Below, one piece after another: positions 22,610 to 31,030 of a DNA stretch of 64,000 nucleotides (its first letter is position 1; each line of letters starts with the position of its first letter). The notes below the pieces were generated by a model, which saw nothing but the letters and a program-made list of their open reading frames with translations, was not told the origin of the DNA and ran no database searches. A program made the position numbers and the translations under genes. The stretch lies in the IMG/VR virus record IMGVR_UViG_3300029101_000001. One strand, written 5' to 3'. The stretch comes from a virus.

Positions 22610-22759
22610 ATGAAAGAGAAAATGAAACGTATTGAGGAGTACACTAAAGCAATGAGAGAGCTACTAGATAGACTCTTGGAGCAAAACCCAGATTCAGAGA
22701 ATGAAATCTATGATGAAATATGGGGAGCTTATGTTGCAGGCATGAAGGTGTTCTTATAA
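22610..22759 (+). CDS. hypothetical small protein (49 aa)
   Basis: ATG to TAA, no TAG in frame, read by eye. Confidence 0.3.
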   Translation: MKEKMKRIEEYTKAMRELLDRLLEQNPDSENEIYDEIWGAYVAGMKVFL

Positions 22760-22898
22760 CTCCTATTCTAGCTGAGAATTAAAACTAGCTGGCTTTTATT
22801 ACTCTTTGTAAAAGCTCAAAAATTAAAAAGAGAAATCTAGAACGGTAAGCCCGGCTCTCTTCATCCTTTAACTGATTTAGAAGTAAAACAGAAATTAG

Positions 22899-23411
22899 TT
22901 GGCAGCCTGGAATAGACAGGCATTTTTAACTAAAAATTATAGAAAAAATGAACACGTAGAAATTAACAGCTTAAAGAAGTATTCAGAGTTTACAACAACA
23001 TTTCGTATTCCATTCAAAAAGGCAAATGATGTAGAAGCTAAATGCTATACGCCTATGGATGTAATTGACGCTTGGAAAGAAGTATGCATACAGGCGTTAG
23101 AAATGAGAATGGAGGCGTGTCTGTCAATGTTGCTCAAGAACAGAGATCGAGTGATAGAATCCGACGAAGAATGTGTTGTTTTCAGAAAGCCCAACGGACA
23201 TCTTCATTTCTTCAACCACTCCAGCTTTCAGGCTATGGAAGCTCTAGTAGAAGCTCTTAAAGAAGAGGGTCCAATAGTACTCGACTCCCTCCAAGTAGAC
23301 CAATTATTGAAGGCTTTGTACTGGATTCCAGAAAAGTTGAAAAAAGATCATCAAGAATTTGGATTTGGAGAATTAATAAGCTGTTTGACCTGCCTAGCCT
23401 ACAAAGCTTAG
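22899..23411 (+). CDS. hypothetical protein
   Basis: Track ORF 170 aa. Confidence 0.5.
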   Translation: MAAWNRQAFLTKNYRKNEHVEINSLKKYSEFTTTFRIPFKKANDVEAKCYTPMDVIDAWKEVCIQALEMRMEACLSMLLKNRDRVIESDEECVVFRKPNGHLHFFNHSSFQAMEALVEALKEEGPIVLDSLQVDQLLKALYWIPEKLKKDHQEFGFGELISCLTCLAYKA

Positions 23412-23576
23412 GCTGAATAAAAAACTCAATAACTTCCCAAGACATTGAGGGCACCAGTTTCTTATGAATAAATACTCTGAAAAGCCTATATATGGGCAGG
23501 ACAGAGCCTCGAAAGTCTTAGACCAGAGAGATAGTAAGTTTTAGGTGTAAAATGCGATTAATAAAAGAAAAAGATT

Positions 23577-24170
23577 ATGGAACAGTATTTAGATGCAAAA
23601 ATTAAGAGATTTACTCAAAAGCAATTATTCAAGAAAATAACTAAAGTTAAAACCATGCTAGGTTTGGGAGGATTACATCCTGAGAAATACCTAGAAGTTG
23701 TACCCGAACATAAAAATTGTGTCCTAGTTGACTTCAATCCAGCAGATGCATTAGTAAGAAGAAATTCTCTTATTGGAGAGTTTGATTTACTTACTAATTC
23801 TCCAGCGGAGAGAAGTCCGCTTAACTTCGTTGATTGTGATTTCTGCAAGTCCATTATAAATAATGGAGCAGATTTACTATATATTTATACGAAGATGCAG
23901 CTTTCTCCAATTAGAAACAAGTATATCACATTTACTTTTAGTTGTAGAACTGCGGGAGACGAGAGAACGATTGAGTGGTTGGCAAAGAATTTCCCAGAAC
24001 TTGATATTCCAAGAAATTACGTGTTTATAAATGATACAAGATGTAAGGAGATTGGATATCGTCAATATGTTAAACGTATGTATGATCCAACTAGAGACAG
24101 ATTCTTGGACATATACAAATACAGAGATTCTGGAGATAACATGATTACCGGACTAATTAAAATCCTCTGA
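23577..24170 (+). CDS. hypothetical protein
   Basis: Track ORF 197 aa. Confidence 0.5.
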   Translation: MEQYLDAKIKRFTQKQLFKKITKVKTMLGLGGLHPEKYLEVVPEHKNCVLVDFNPADALVRRNSLIGEFDLLTNSPAERSPLNFVDCDFCKSIINNGADLLYIYTKMQLSPIRNKYITFTFSCRTAGDERTIEWLAKNFPELDIPRNYVFINDTRCKEIGYRQYVKRMYDPTRDRFLDIYKYRDSGDNMITGLIKIL

Positions 24171-24235
24171 TGAGTCTTTGAAAATTAAGACGAAACTACC
24201 CATCTTTGGGTAGTCAGGATTAAAAAGAAAAAGAA

Positions 24236-24436
24236 ATGAGAAAGTACAACAGATTAAATTGCGATTCAACTGTTCGCGCAAGATTTATAGATACTTGGGG
24301 ACGAGTAATAACTTTAGTCGGAACCCATGCCTTCGAATATGCCATTCACATAGAAGGAGTAAGAACAGTTACTGAAACATTCGAGAATGGAACATTAGCA
24401 AGAAAAAGATTTAACGAATTAAAAAAGAAACCATGA
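24236..24436 (+). CDS. hypothetical small protein
   Basis: Track ORF, overlapping stop-start with next gene. Confidence 0.4.
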   Translation: MRKYNRLNCDSTVRARFIDTWGRVITLVGTHAFEYAIHIEGVRTVTETFENGTLARKRFNELKKKP

Positions 24437-24666
24437 GAAAGAGATTTAAGATGAGCAGAATTGCTTCATCAGACAACTATGAGTTGTCAAGAAAGATTCA
24501 CGCAATGTACCTCCAAAGATTTCACGAGGAGAACATAGAAGTGATTACAGAGATTTCATCTACATTAGTAATTAAAGAACAAAAGTATATTCGGGTATTT
24601 GGGAAGTTAATTCCTGTTTCCGAAGAAGAATTGAGAATACATAACACTTTAATATCTGTGAAATGA
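24433..24666 (+). CDS. hypothetical small protein
   Basis: Track ORF. Confidence 0.4.
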   Translation: MRKRFKMSRIASSDNYELSRKIHAMYLQRFHEENIEVITEISSTLVIKEQKYIRVFGKLIPVSEEELRIHNTLISVK

Positions 24667-24905
24667 TGGAAGATTTGTTAACAATAGTAAGATGGGCAAT
24701 AACATTGCCTGTTTGGTTGCTAGAACATATACTTAAGGCTATGACCTTAATAGTTCTGGTATTGGTAATCATCGTCATGGCGGTATTATATCCGCTATTT
24801 CGGTCTATCTGGCGTAAGACAGGACAGTCTGTGATTTTTAAGTATGCAACAAAATGGAGAGGAAACTATCCGCTAACCAAAAAAGTATTTGACTTATGGC
24901 AATGA
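24663..24905 (+). CDS. small membrane protein
   Basis: Track ORF with hydrophobic core LVLVIIVMAVLYPLF. Confidence 0.4.
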   Translation: MMEDLLTIVRWAITLPVWLLEHILKAMTLIVLVLVIIVMAVLYPLFRSIWRKTGQSVIFKYATKWRGNYPLTKKVFDLWQ

Positions 24906-25182
24906 TGAGAAGAATTACCGAAATAAACGGTGAGATAATTGTGGTAGAAACTATGATTATCGTAGGAGAGATAGTATTGATTACAGTACAAATAAATGGA
25001 GAACTAGTTCGCTATGAAATATTATCTGTTAGACAGTTATGGGAAGGTCGTTAGGGCCTTCTCAAGCTGGTCTGAGGCTAACAAATTTCGTATAACTAGA
25101 AATAGACCAGATTGGAGGATTGTATGACATACATCGTTGTATTTATAATATTAATCATCATGTGGAAAATGATTGAAGACGA

Positions 25183-26142
25183 ATGAAAACAGTATTAACC
25201 CATACAGGAAAAATCTATGTTGATACAGAACATAGACTAGAGTTCTTAACTGTAGGAGACTATGGTAAGGAGAACAACATCAAGGCTGATTTCTTAGGTC
25301 TAACTAAGGAAATCAATGGAGTAGAGAATACAGCAGTAGACCTAAGCAAGAAATGGGTAGCAACTATTTCAACTCAGAAAGGCTGTCCTATGCATTGTAA
25401 ATTCTGTGATGTTCCCAAGTTTGGATTCTATGGAAATGCTTCTATAGAAGATATGGATAGACAAATCCGAACTATTATAGAAGGCGAAAGTGTCAGAGAA
25501 ACAGACAGGTTTAATGTGCACTTTGCTAGAATGGGAGAACCAACATGGAATGATAATGTATTAGCATTTGGACTTGCTCTCAGAGGTGTGGTTAAGTCTG
25601 CAGGATTAACAGCTAAAACTGTTCATCCAGTAGTTTCCACGATGCTTCCGAAAGCAAATAATAAGCTTAGAAACTTCTTACAGGTTTGGTGTAGCATAAA
25701 AAATGAGTTCTACAATGGAGAAGCAGGCTTACAGTTTTCAATCAATTCTACAGACGATGAACAGAGAAACGAGCTGTTTGATTCTAAGAGTTTGTCACTA
25801 GCACAAATTTCTCAGTTGGCTAATGAGTTACCAATGCCAGTAGGCAGAAAGTATACTCTAAATTTTCCAGTAACCTCACAAACTATTCTCGATGCGAAGG
25901 AATTGTCAAAGCTATTTGATAGGGAGAAATTTATTGTTAAAATCACTCCTATACATGAAACGGCTTCTGCTATAGAGAATGGTTTCCAGGTAACTGGATA
26001 CTCTGATTATGACGTTTACCGTCGCTTTGAACAACCTTTATTGAAAGAAGGTTGGGATGTTATAGTGTTTGTTCCATCTAAGGAGGAAGATTCTGACCGA
26101 ATTACTTGTGGGAACGCACTAATCTCTGAAGAGAAGATTTAA
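25183..26142 (+). CDS. radical SAM enzyme (specific function unknown)
   Basis: CPMHCKFC matches the CxxxCxxC radical-SAM cluster motif. 319 aa. Confidence 0.55.
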   Translation: MKTVLTHTGKIYVDTEHRLEFLTVGDYGKENNIKADFLGLTKEINGVENTAVDLSKKWVATISTQKGCPMHCKFCDVPKFGFYGNASIEDMDRQIRTIIEGESVRETDRFNVHFARMGEPTWNDNVLAFGLALRGVVKSAGLTAKTVHPVVSTMLPKANNKLRNFLQVWCSIKNEFYNGEAGLQFSINSTDDEQRNELFDSKSLSLAQISQLANELPMPVGRKYTLNFPVTSQTILDAKELSKLFDREKFIVKITPIHETASAIENGFQVTGYSDYDVYRRFEQPLLKEGWDVIVFVPSKEEDSDRITCGNALISEEKI

Positions 26143-26194
26143 CAATTCTTAACTAAGGAGAACGTAGTTCGCTGTATATAATAGCGAACACGAT

Positions 26195-26268
26195 GTCCCG
26201 TTAGCTCAGTTGGATAGAGCAACAGCCTTCTAAGCTGTGGGTCGTAGGTTCGAATCCTACACGGGATA
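26195..26268 (+). tRNA. tRNA-Arg (UCU)
   Basis: Cloverleaf by eye: gucccgu ... acagc cuUCUaa gcugu ... guagg uucgaau ccuac acgggau a. Confidence 0.8.
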
Positions 26269-26290
26269 CTAACAATTAAAAAACAAAACT

Positions 26291-26503
26291 ATGATACTAT
26301 TTATTTATATCTTAGGAGTATTAATGGCATGGTTTCTAATGTATTTAGAAGAGAAATATCGTTATAAGAAGGAAAAGACCTATAAATTTACTTTAGGTAA
26401 TCTATTGTCAAGCATATTCTTTTCTTTATTTTCATGGATTGTAGTAGCAGCGTGCCTAATATCCTTGTCGGATAAAATAATCTTAGTAGATAAATCCGAC
26501 TAA
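26291..26503 (+). CDS. small membrane protein
   Basis: Track ORF, two hydrophobic segments. Confidence 0.35.
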   Translation: MILFIYILGVLMAWFLMYLEEKYRYKKEKTYKFTLGNLLSSIFFSLFSWIVVAACLISLSDKIILVDKSD

Positions 26504-26508
26504 TTAAT

Positions 26509-26582
26509 GACTCCGTAGCTCAGTTGGTTAGAGCACGATACTTTTAATATCGGGGTCCCGAGTTCGAATCTCGGCGGAGTCA
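26509..26582 (+). tRNA. tRNA-Lys (UUU)
   Basis: gacuccg ua gcuc aguugguua gagc a cgaua cuUUUaa uaucg ... ccgag uucgaau cucgg cggaguc a. Confidence 0.85.
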
Positions 26583-26636
26583 CTCTTTTTCTTTTATTCC
26601 GCTAGTAAACATTTGTTGTGAAACACGTGTTTGCAT

Positions 26637-26709
26637 CTGGGTATAGTCGAGTTGGTAAGATGCTACATTTGGGATGTAGAGACCGCAGGTTCGAGTCCTG
26701 CTATCCAGA
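26637..26709 (+). tRNA. tRNA-Pro (UGG)
   Basis: Acceptor cugggua/uauccag, anticodon arm cuaca uuUGGga uguag, T-arm gcagg uucgagu ccugc. Confidence 0.7.
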
Positions 26710-26914
26710 CAAGAAGTAATCAACATTCACTATTAGTACAGCAATTAGGACTGTAGGGTGCCTTTTAGATGAATCCCTGATTACTCCGATTAACAGAGGC
26801 AATGTCCTTAATATCGTTACCACGCACTGCGGCTATTAGCTGTTAGATGATTTGGGGTGCCAAATGGAAGAACGGTAACAGCTATGTTAATTAGAACGAA
26901 TCTGTTAATTGTAT

Positions 26915-26997
26915 GGGAGTGCGCCAACGTTGGAGAGTTGGGCTTGACTGTAAATCAAGTGCCTATGGCTTAGAAGGTTCGAATCCTTCCACTCCCA
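26915..26997 (+). tRNA. tRNA-Tyr (GUA), long variable arm
   Basis: gggagug/cacuccc acceptor, cuuga cuGUAaa ucaag, variable arm ugccuauggcuuagaagg. Confidence 0.8.
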
Positions 26998-27090
26998 CAA
27001 ATTTAATGAATATGTTAATAGGATTTTTAGTATTTATTACTCTAGAAATAGCTATAATAGCTACTATAGGGTTTACTTATTTTCACGAAG

Positions 27091-27462
27091 ATGATAAGAA
27101 TTTCAAGAATTATCGCAAAGGAAAGAATAGCTGATTTGTTAGACTTAAATTTCGTGTCTAAGATAGAATTAAGACAGGGAAAACAAGGATTTAATAATCC
27201 TGCTATTTGTAGAGTAGAAATCTATTTACTACTTGAAAACGACAAAGAGTACTTTAATTCCAAAATGGCTGATATTATGTCATGGGCACAAAAGAACAAA
27301 TGTAACATTGCTTTTACTACTGCTAGTATGGCTCTCAAAGACGGATTTATTAAAGAATCTGCTTTTGATGACTTTAACTATCCAGTTCCTAAAAAGTATA
27401 AAGCATTATGTGATATTTATTCAGCAAGTTACTTTAATCTATTTAATAGAAGAAAATTATGA
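27091..27462 (+). CDS. hypothetical protein
   Basis: Track ORF 123 aa. Confidence 0.45.
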   Translation: MIRISRIIAKERIADLLDLNFVSKIELRQGKQGFNNPAICRVEIYLLLENDKEYFNSKMADIMSWAQKNKCNIAFTTASMALKDGFIKESAFDDFNYPVPKKYKALCDIYSASYFNLFNRRKL

Positions 27463-27680
27463 AAGAATTAAATAATTATATTCTATATTGTTCTAACTTA
27501 GATGATAATGAGTATAATCTATTGTGGGAATACTATAATGAACAGTCCTTTCTTAATAAAATTAAAGAAGATTTTAGTTATTTATTTTTTACGTTATTTA
27601 TATGGAAGATAAGTACGAAGGATTATCTGACGAAGAGCTTAAAGAGATTTTCGAAGATATGGAAGCAGACTATTGGATAG
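27459..27680 (+). CDS. hypothetical small protein
   Basis: Track ORF. Confidence 0.3.
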   Translation: MKELNNYILYCSNLDDNEYNLLWEYYNEQSFLNKIKEDFSYLFFTLFIWKISTKDYLTKSLKRFSKIWKQTIG

Positions 27681-27759
27681 ACTACTATCAGTCTCTTTGC
27701 GAATGAAACGCAGCAGTTGGCTTTCGGAATCTCTGTCTTAACAAAATGAGTCCGTAATT

Positions 27760-27843
27760 GGGATTGTAACCGGTAATTGGTAGCCGCGCAGACTGTAAAT
27801 CTGCTCTCTTTTGAGACTGGAGGTTCGAGTCCTCCCAATCCCA
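27760..27843 (+). tRNA. second tRNA-Tyr-like (GUA), long variable arm, atypical D-arm
   Basis: gggauug/caauccc acceptor, gcaga cuGUAaa ucugc, T-arm ggagg uucgagu ccucc. Confidence 0.65.
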
Positions 27844-27864
27844 CACATTTTAATTAATTAGATT

Positions 27865-28056
27865 ATGACAGAAGAAGCAATTAGAGCTATGTCTGAAGGA
27901 AAGAAAGTAAGGCATAGATACTTTAGTAAAGACGAATGGGTAACTATAAATTCCAGCGGACTATATGAGTTCGAAGATGGTGTAAAAGTTGACTCATCGT
28001 TATTTTGGATGGACAGACAGGATTCCTACTGGAATGATGGATGGAGCTTAGTTTAA
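27865..28056 (+). CDS. hypothetical small protein
   Basis: Track ORF. Confidence 0.35.
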   Translation: MTEEAIRAMSEGKKVRHRYFSKDEWVTINSSGLYEFEDGVKVDSSLFWMDRQDSYWNDGWSLV

Positions 28057-28083
28057 CTTTAAATAAGAATAAAATGACAACGT

Positions 28084-28326
28084 ATGAGTACGGAAAAGGA
28101 TACTTGCCAGAAATCTGGTACTAGTGTAATATTCCAAAAAGAAATTACGCAGTGTAGGGAATGTCCTCATTGTAGAATCGCTCCTGACCCAGACCCTGAT
28201 GACTGGTTCAATGACGATGATGAAAAAGCGCTTTGTAAAGAAGCAGGAAATAAACTAATTGAGGGAATGTTAAGACCTTACGAAAGGGTATTAATTCCAG
28301 ATTGGTGTCCTTTAAAGACCAACTAG
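28084..28326 (+). CDS. small Cys-rich (zinc-ribbon-like) protein; ends at TAG
   Basis: CQKSG...CRECPHCR...CKEAG...WCPLK. Stop is TAG, so read-through would add 12 aa. Confidence 0.4.
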   Translation: MSTEKDTCQKSGTSVIFQKEITQCRECPHCRIAPDPDPDDWFNDDDEKALCKEAGNKLIEGMLRPYERVLIPDWCPLKTN

Positions 28327-28410
28327 ACTCAAGTACCCAATTCCATACACCGAAGAGGTTAAAATGGGGAAGTGGTTCTAAGTATGGATAGCTAGTAGTT
28401 GGTCTTATAT

Positions 28411-28484
28411 GGTGTTATTAGTTCAGTTGGCAGAACGCTACATTGTGACTGTAGAGGTCAGCGGTTCGAATCCGCTATAACACC
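28411..28484 (+). tRNA. tRNA-His (GUG) with encoded G-1
   Basis: G-1 pairs with C73. cuaca uuGUGac uguag, T-arm agcgg uucgaau ccgcu. Confidence 0.8.
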
Positions 28485-28696
28485 CATAGTATAATTCCCA
28501 GAACGATCAATAAATTGGCAGATGTACAGCGTTATCTCATAACAAGACATAGTGTAGAGTCTTAGGAAAGTCTGAATAAGTGAAGAATCGGAACTCTTAT
28601 TAATTATATTATGAAAGATAGAAAATTATTTTGGTTTTGTGTAATATCTATAATTTACATAATTACCTATTGGTGTTTTATTAAAAATTACAACGA

Positions 28697-29257
28697 ATGA
28701 AAAAGACAATTGAAATCGAATGTCCTGATGGTTACAAACCAGTTTACAATGCAGAGACTGGAAAAGTAGAAATTGTGTCTGAAGACATTACTGCAAGGGT
28801 ACAGACTTACGAAGATGCTTGTAAAATCATGAGTAGAGATGTCTATGGTAATGTTCCTGCAAATTTCTCTGTTGATGCTTTACGCAAATTGCACGTCATT
28901 CTCGATGCCTTAAACGAAGGACACAAGTTCAATCTTCTCACTGGAACAGTTTGGTATCCTTGGGTTCGGTTCTTTAGAATGAAATCAGTGCCGAAAGATG
29001 CAGAGGTTATTGGACATTTTAGCTATCAGGGCGAGAAATTCGCACTGGTGGGCAGCAGCGCGAATCTTGGCGGCTTTGCGGGTCTCGGCTGTTTCAATTC
29101 TAGCTCTGACGTCGGCCATGCCGATTCCGGTGTCGGGATGCTTGCGTGCAAATCTGAGGAGATTGCTGAATACGTATCAACTCAGTTTGGCAAACTCGTA
29201 TTCGAAGCTTGTTTTGCCAGACACTTCAATGTAGGAGAATTTAAATGGCTAGACTAA
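28697..29257 (+). CDS. DGR target protein 2 (remote, trans target), small cytoplasmic-type protein with VR2
   Basis: Track ORF 186 aa. Residues LVGSSANLGGFAGLGCFNSSSDVGHADSGVGM are encoded by VR2. Confidence 0.7.
   Translation: MKKTIEIECPDGYKPVYNAETGKVEIVSEDITARVQTYEDACKIMSRDVYGNVPANFSVDALRKLHVILDALNEGHKFNLLTGTVWYPWVRFFRMKSVPKDAEVIGHFSYQGEKFALVGSSANLGGFAGLGCFNSSSDVGHADSGVGMLACKSEEIAEYVSTQFGKLVFEACFARHFNVGEFKWLD
29045..29137 (+). repeat. DGR variable repeat VR2
   Basis: 93-nt alignment to TR: 25 differences, all at TR adenines, no non-A mismatch. All changes fall in codon positions 1-2 of TR AAY codons. Confidence 0.85.
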
Positions 29258-29505
29258 TTGTAATTCTACTATTGCTTGCCTCATGCACACACGATAAGGT
29301 AGTAAATCACAATCAAACTGATACCATAAAGTATGAAGAGATATATTGCCCAAATTGTGATGGAATTGGTCAAGTAAAGATGTCAGCTGGGTCTAGAGTT
29401 GTATTAGGCATCCTTACACTAGGTCCAGGTGCTCTTTGTGATACCGAATCGTGTAGTATGTGTAATGGAACAGGAGTAGTTAAAAGAAGAGTACTAAACA
29501 AATGA
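29245..29505 (+). CDS. lipoprotein with two DnaJ-type CxxCxGxG zinc-finger repeats
   Basis: Lipobox LLLLASC. CPNCDGIG and CSMCNGTG. Confidence 0.5.
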   Translation: MARLIVILLLLASCTHDKVVNHNQTDTIKYEEIYCPNCDGIGQVKMSAGSRVVLGILTLGPGALCDTESCSMCNGTGVVKRRVLNK

Positions 29506-29981
29506 AGAAATTTTTAATGCTTATTGTGGCTATGCTCTTTATGAGTGTAGCCTCATTCTCTCAAATAACCATATCTCAAGAAGATTATGATAGGTTGCCT
29601 GGAGAGACAAGAACCCAAATCGAGAAAATAACTACCGAGAAAGCTATAAAAGGAGAAATCAAAGAAGTATCTGAATATGCAAGTCTCGGAAAGGAGATTG
29701 GAGTTGCAGTAAATGAGACACTAAAAGCAGTTGAAGATTCGGCTATAAGAATATCTGAATCCAATCTAGGACAAACAGCGATAACTATTGTAGTATGGAA
29801 ATTACTATATAAAGAGATAGCTGGAGTCGTAATAGGTATACTACTGCTAGGAATATCTCTATTTTTACTAATAACTGGAAGAGGAAAACTATCTAAAGAC
29901 AATGAAGATGCTGGCGGATGGATAAGTGTAGTCGGTGGCGCAGTATTCTTTATTTCTTCTATGATTTGTGTATTTGGCTGA
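29502..29981 (+). CDS. secreted/membrane protein (signal peptide plus C-terminal TM)
   Basis: MKKFLMLIVAMLFMSVASFSQ signal. Hydrophobic C-terminal segment. Confidence 0.5.
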   Translation: MKKFLMLIVAMLFMSVASFSQITISQEDYDRLPGETRTQIEKITTEKAIKGEIKEVSEYASLGKEIGVAVNETLKAVEDSAIRISESNLGQTAITIVVWKLLYKEIAGVVIGILLLGISLFLLITGRGKLSKDNEDAGGWISVVGGAVFFISSMICVFG

Positions 29982-30077
29982 GGAGCAGTCCAGGCTATAG
30001 GCTGGTGTATTCTAGCTATATTCTGTGTATTATTGCTTCTTGGATGTATGTTAGGCTAACCAATTAGTTAGCCCTTT

Positions 30078-30166
30078 GGAAGGGTGGCAGAGTCAGGTTT
30101 AATGCAACGGTCTTGAAAACCGTCGGGCGGTAAAACGTCCCCAGGGTTCGAATCCCTGTCCTTCCG
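30078..30166 (+). tRNA. tRNA-Ser (UGA), class II
   Basis: acggu cuUGAaa accgu. Long variable arm cgggcgguaaaacgucccc. T-arm caggg uucgaau cccug. Confidence 0.8.
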
Positions 30167-30175
30167 CAATTAACT

Positions 30176-30248
30176 ATAGGATTGGTGTTAACGGTTAGCA
30201 CGTCGGTCTCCAAAACCGAAGGTAAGGGTTCGAATCCTTTATCCTATG
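30176..30248 (+). tRNA. tRNA-Trp (CCA)
   Basis: auaggau/auccuau acceptor, ucggu cuCCAaa accga. Confidence 0.8.
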
Positions 30249-30491
30249 CAAATATCAATAACTAAAAAACTTATGAAGAGAATTAGATTAATTTGTATGA
30301 TGGCTGTTGTAGCAATAGTTACGGCAGTCTGTTGTTCGTTTACTTCTAGGGAAGACCGAAATCATTTTTCGGTTGAAAAGGTATATACCGACCCTAATAG
30401 TCACATGAATGTCTATAGAGTCTCCGTTCCTGGGAGAATGTATTACGTACTTCATAATACGACTCAAGGAGGGTTATGTAAATTACAATGA
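30246..30491 (+). CDS. putative lipoprotein
   Basis: MMAVVAIVTAVCCSF lipobox-like. Confidence 0.4.
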   Translation: MQISITKKLMKRIRLICMMAVVAIVTAVCCSFTSREDRNHFSVEKVYTDPNSHMNVYRVSVPGRMYYVLHNTTQGGLCKLQ

Positions 30492-31015
30492 GCGAAACTT
30501 ATTATCTCTTAGCAGCCATTTCGTATGGCATTTTTATTGTTCAGTTCATACTCTCTTGGTTTGGTGGCGACACTGACTTGGATGTAGATTTAGATGGAGA
30601 ATTGGACATGGATGTGAGTGATATTGTCTCTTTTAAAGGACTAGTACATTTTGTAATGGGAGCAAGTGGATGGCTTTGTATTAAGCATTCAGTTTCCCAT
30701 TCTATAGAATGGTACGATTATTTAATCGCATTAATATGCGGTATTCTTTTTGTGGTTATACTTTACTACTTATATAAACTTTGTTTAAAACTCCAACATC
30801 AAGTTATTCCTGAAAAGGGTGAAGCCTTAATCGGGAGAATTGGAACAATCACTATCCCTAATGATATTTCTGGTGGTAGTTCTGTTATCTTAGTTGAGAT
30901 AAATGGAATGCTTCAAGAATTGTCAGCTTATGCTGAAGAAGAGCATAAGACGTATAAAAACGGGGACAAAGTGAGAATTTCAAAATTTGAGAATGGAAAG
31001 TATTATTTTAACTAA
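30488..31015 (+). CDS. NfeD-like membrane protein (partner of SPFH/flotillin)
   Basis: N-terminal TM segments plus C-terminal OB-fold-like GEALIGRIGTITIPNDISGGSSVILVEINGMLQELSAY...GDKVRISKFENG. Immediately upstream of the flotillin gene. Confidence 0.6.
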   Translation: MSETYYLLAAISYGIFIVQFILSWFGGDTDLDVDLDGELDMDVSDIVSFKGLVHFVMGASGWLCIKHSVSHSIEWYDYLIALICGILFVVILYYLYKLCLKLQHQVIPEKGEALIGRIGTITIPNDISGGSSVILVEINGMLQELSAYAEEEHKTYKNGDKVRISKFENGKYYFN

Positions 31016-31030
31016 AAAGAATTTTTAAAG

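Noticed and set aside
26710-26914. ORF-free stretches between tRNAs that might hide additional tRNAs: 26710-26914, 33810-34062, 35140-35275, 39650-39790 and 41160-41406.
   Set aside because: No T-loop (GTTCRA) or acceptor pairings were found. They may contain processing signals or small ncRNAs, but I could not support a specific call.
26913-27134. Track ORFs overlapping tRNA genes: 26913-27134 over tRNA-Tyr, 27623-27844 (minus) over the second tRNA-Tyr, 41436-41687 (minus) over tRNA-Ala, and the 5' parts of 34182-34616 and 37744-38385.
   Set aside because: The tRNA cloverleaves are convincing. The overlapping ORFs are short, unsupported, or trimmed to downstream starts.
2273-29137. VR1 and VR2 similarity could be a plain gene duplication or recombination patch.
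   Set aside because: Differences are confined to codon positions 1-2 at sites where a third copy (the TR) has adenine, and homology ends abruptly at the same borders in unrelated genes. Duplication and drift would not produce this.
30078-30166. tRNA with anticodon UGA, considered as a possible opal (TGA) suppressor.
   Set aside because: Anticodon UGA reads UCA, a serine codon. It has a class-II long arm typical of tRNA-Ser. A TGA suppressor would need anticodon UCA. Likewise tRNA-Leu(UAG) reads CUA and is unrelated to amber decoding.
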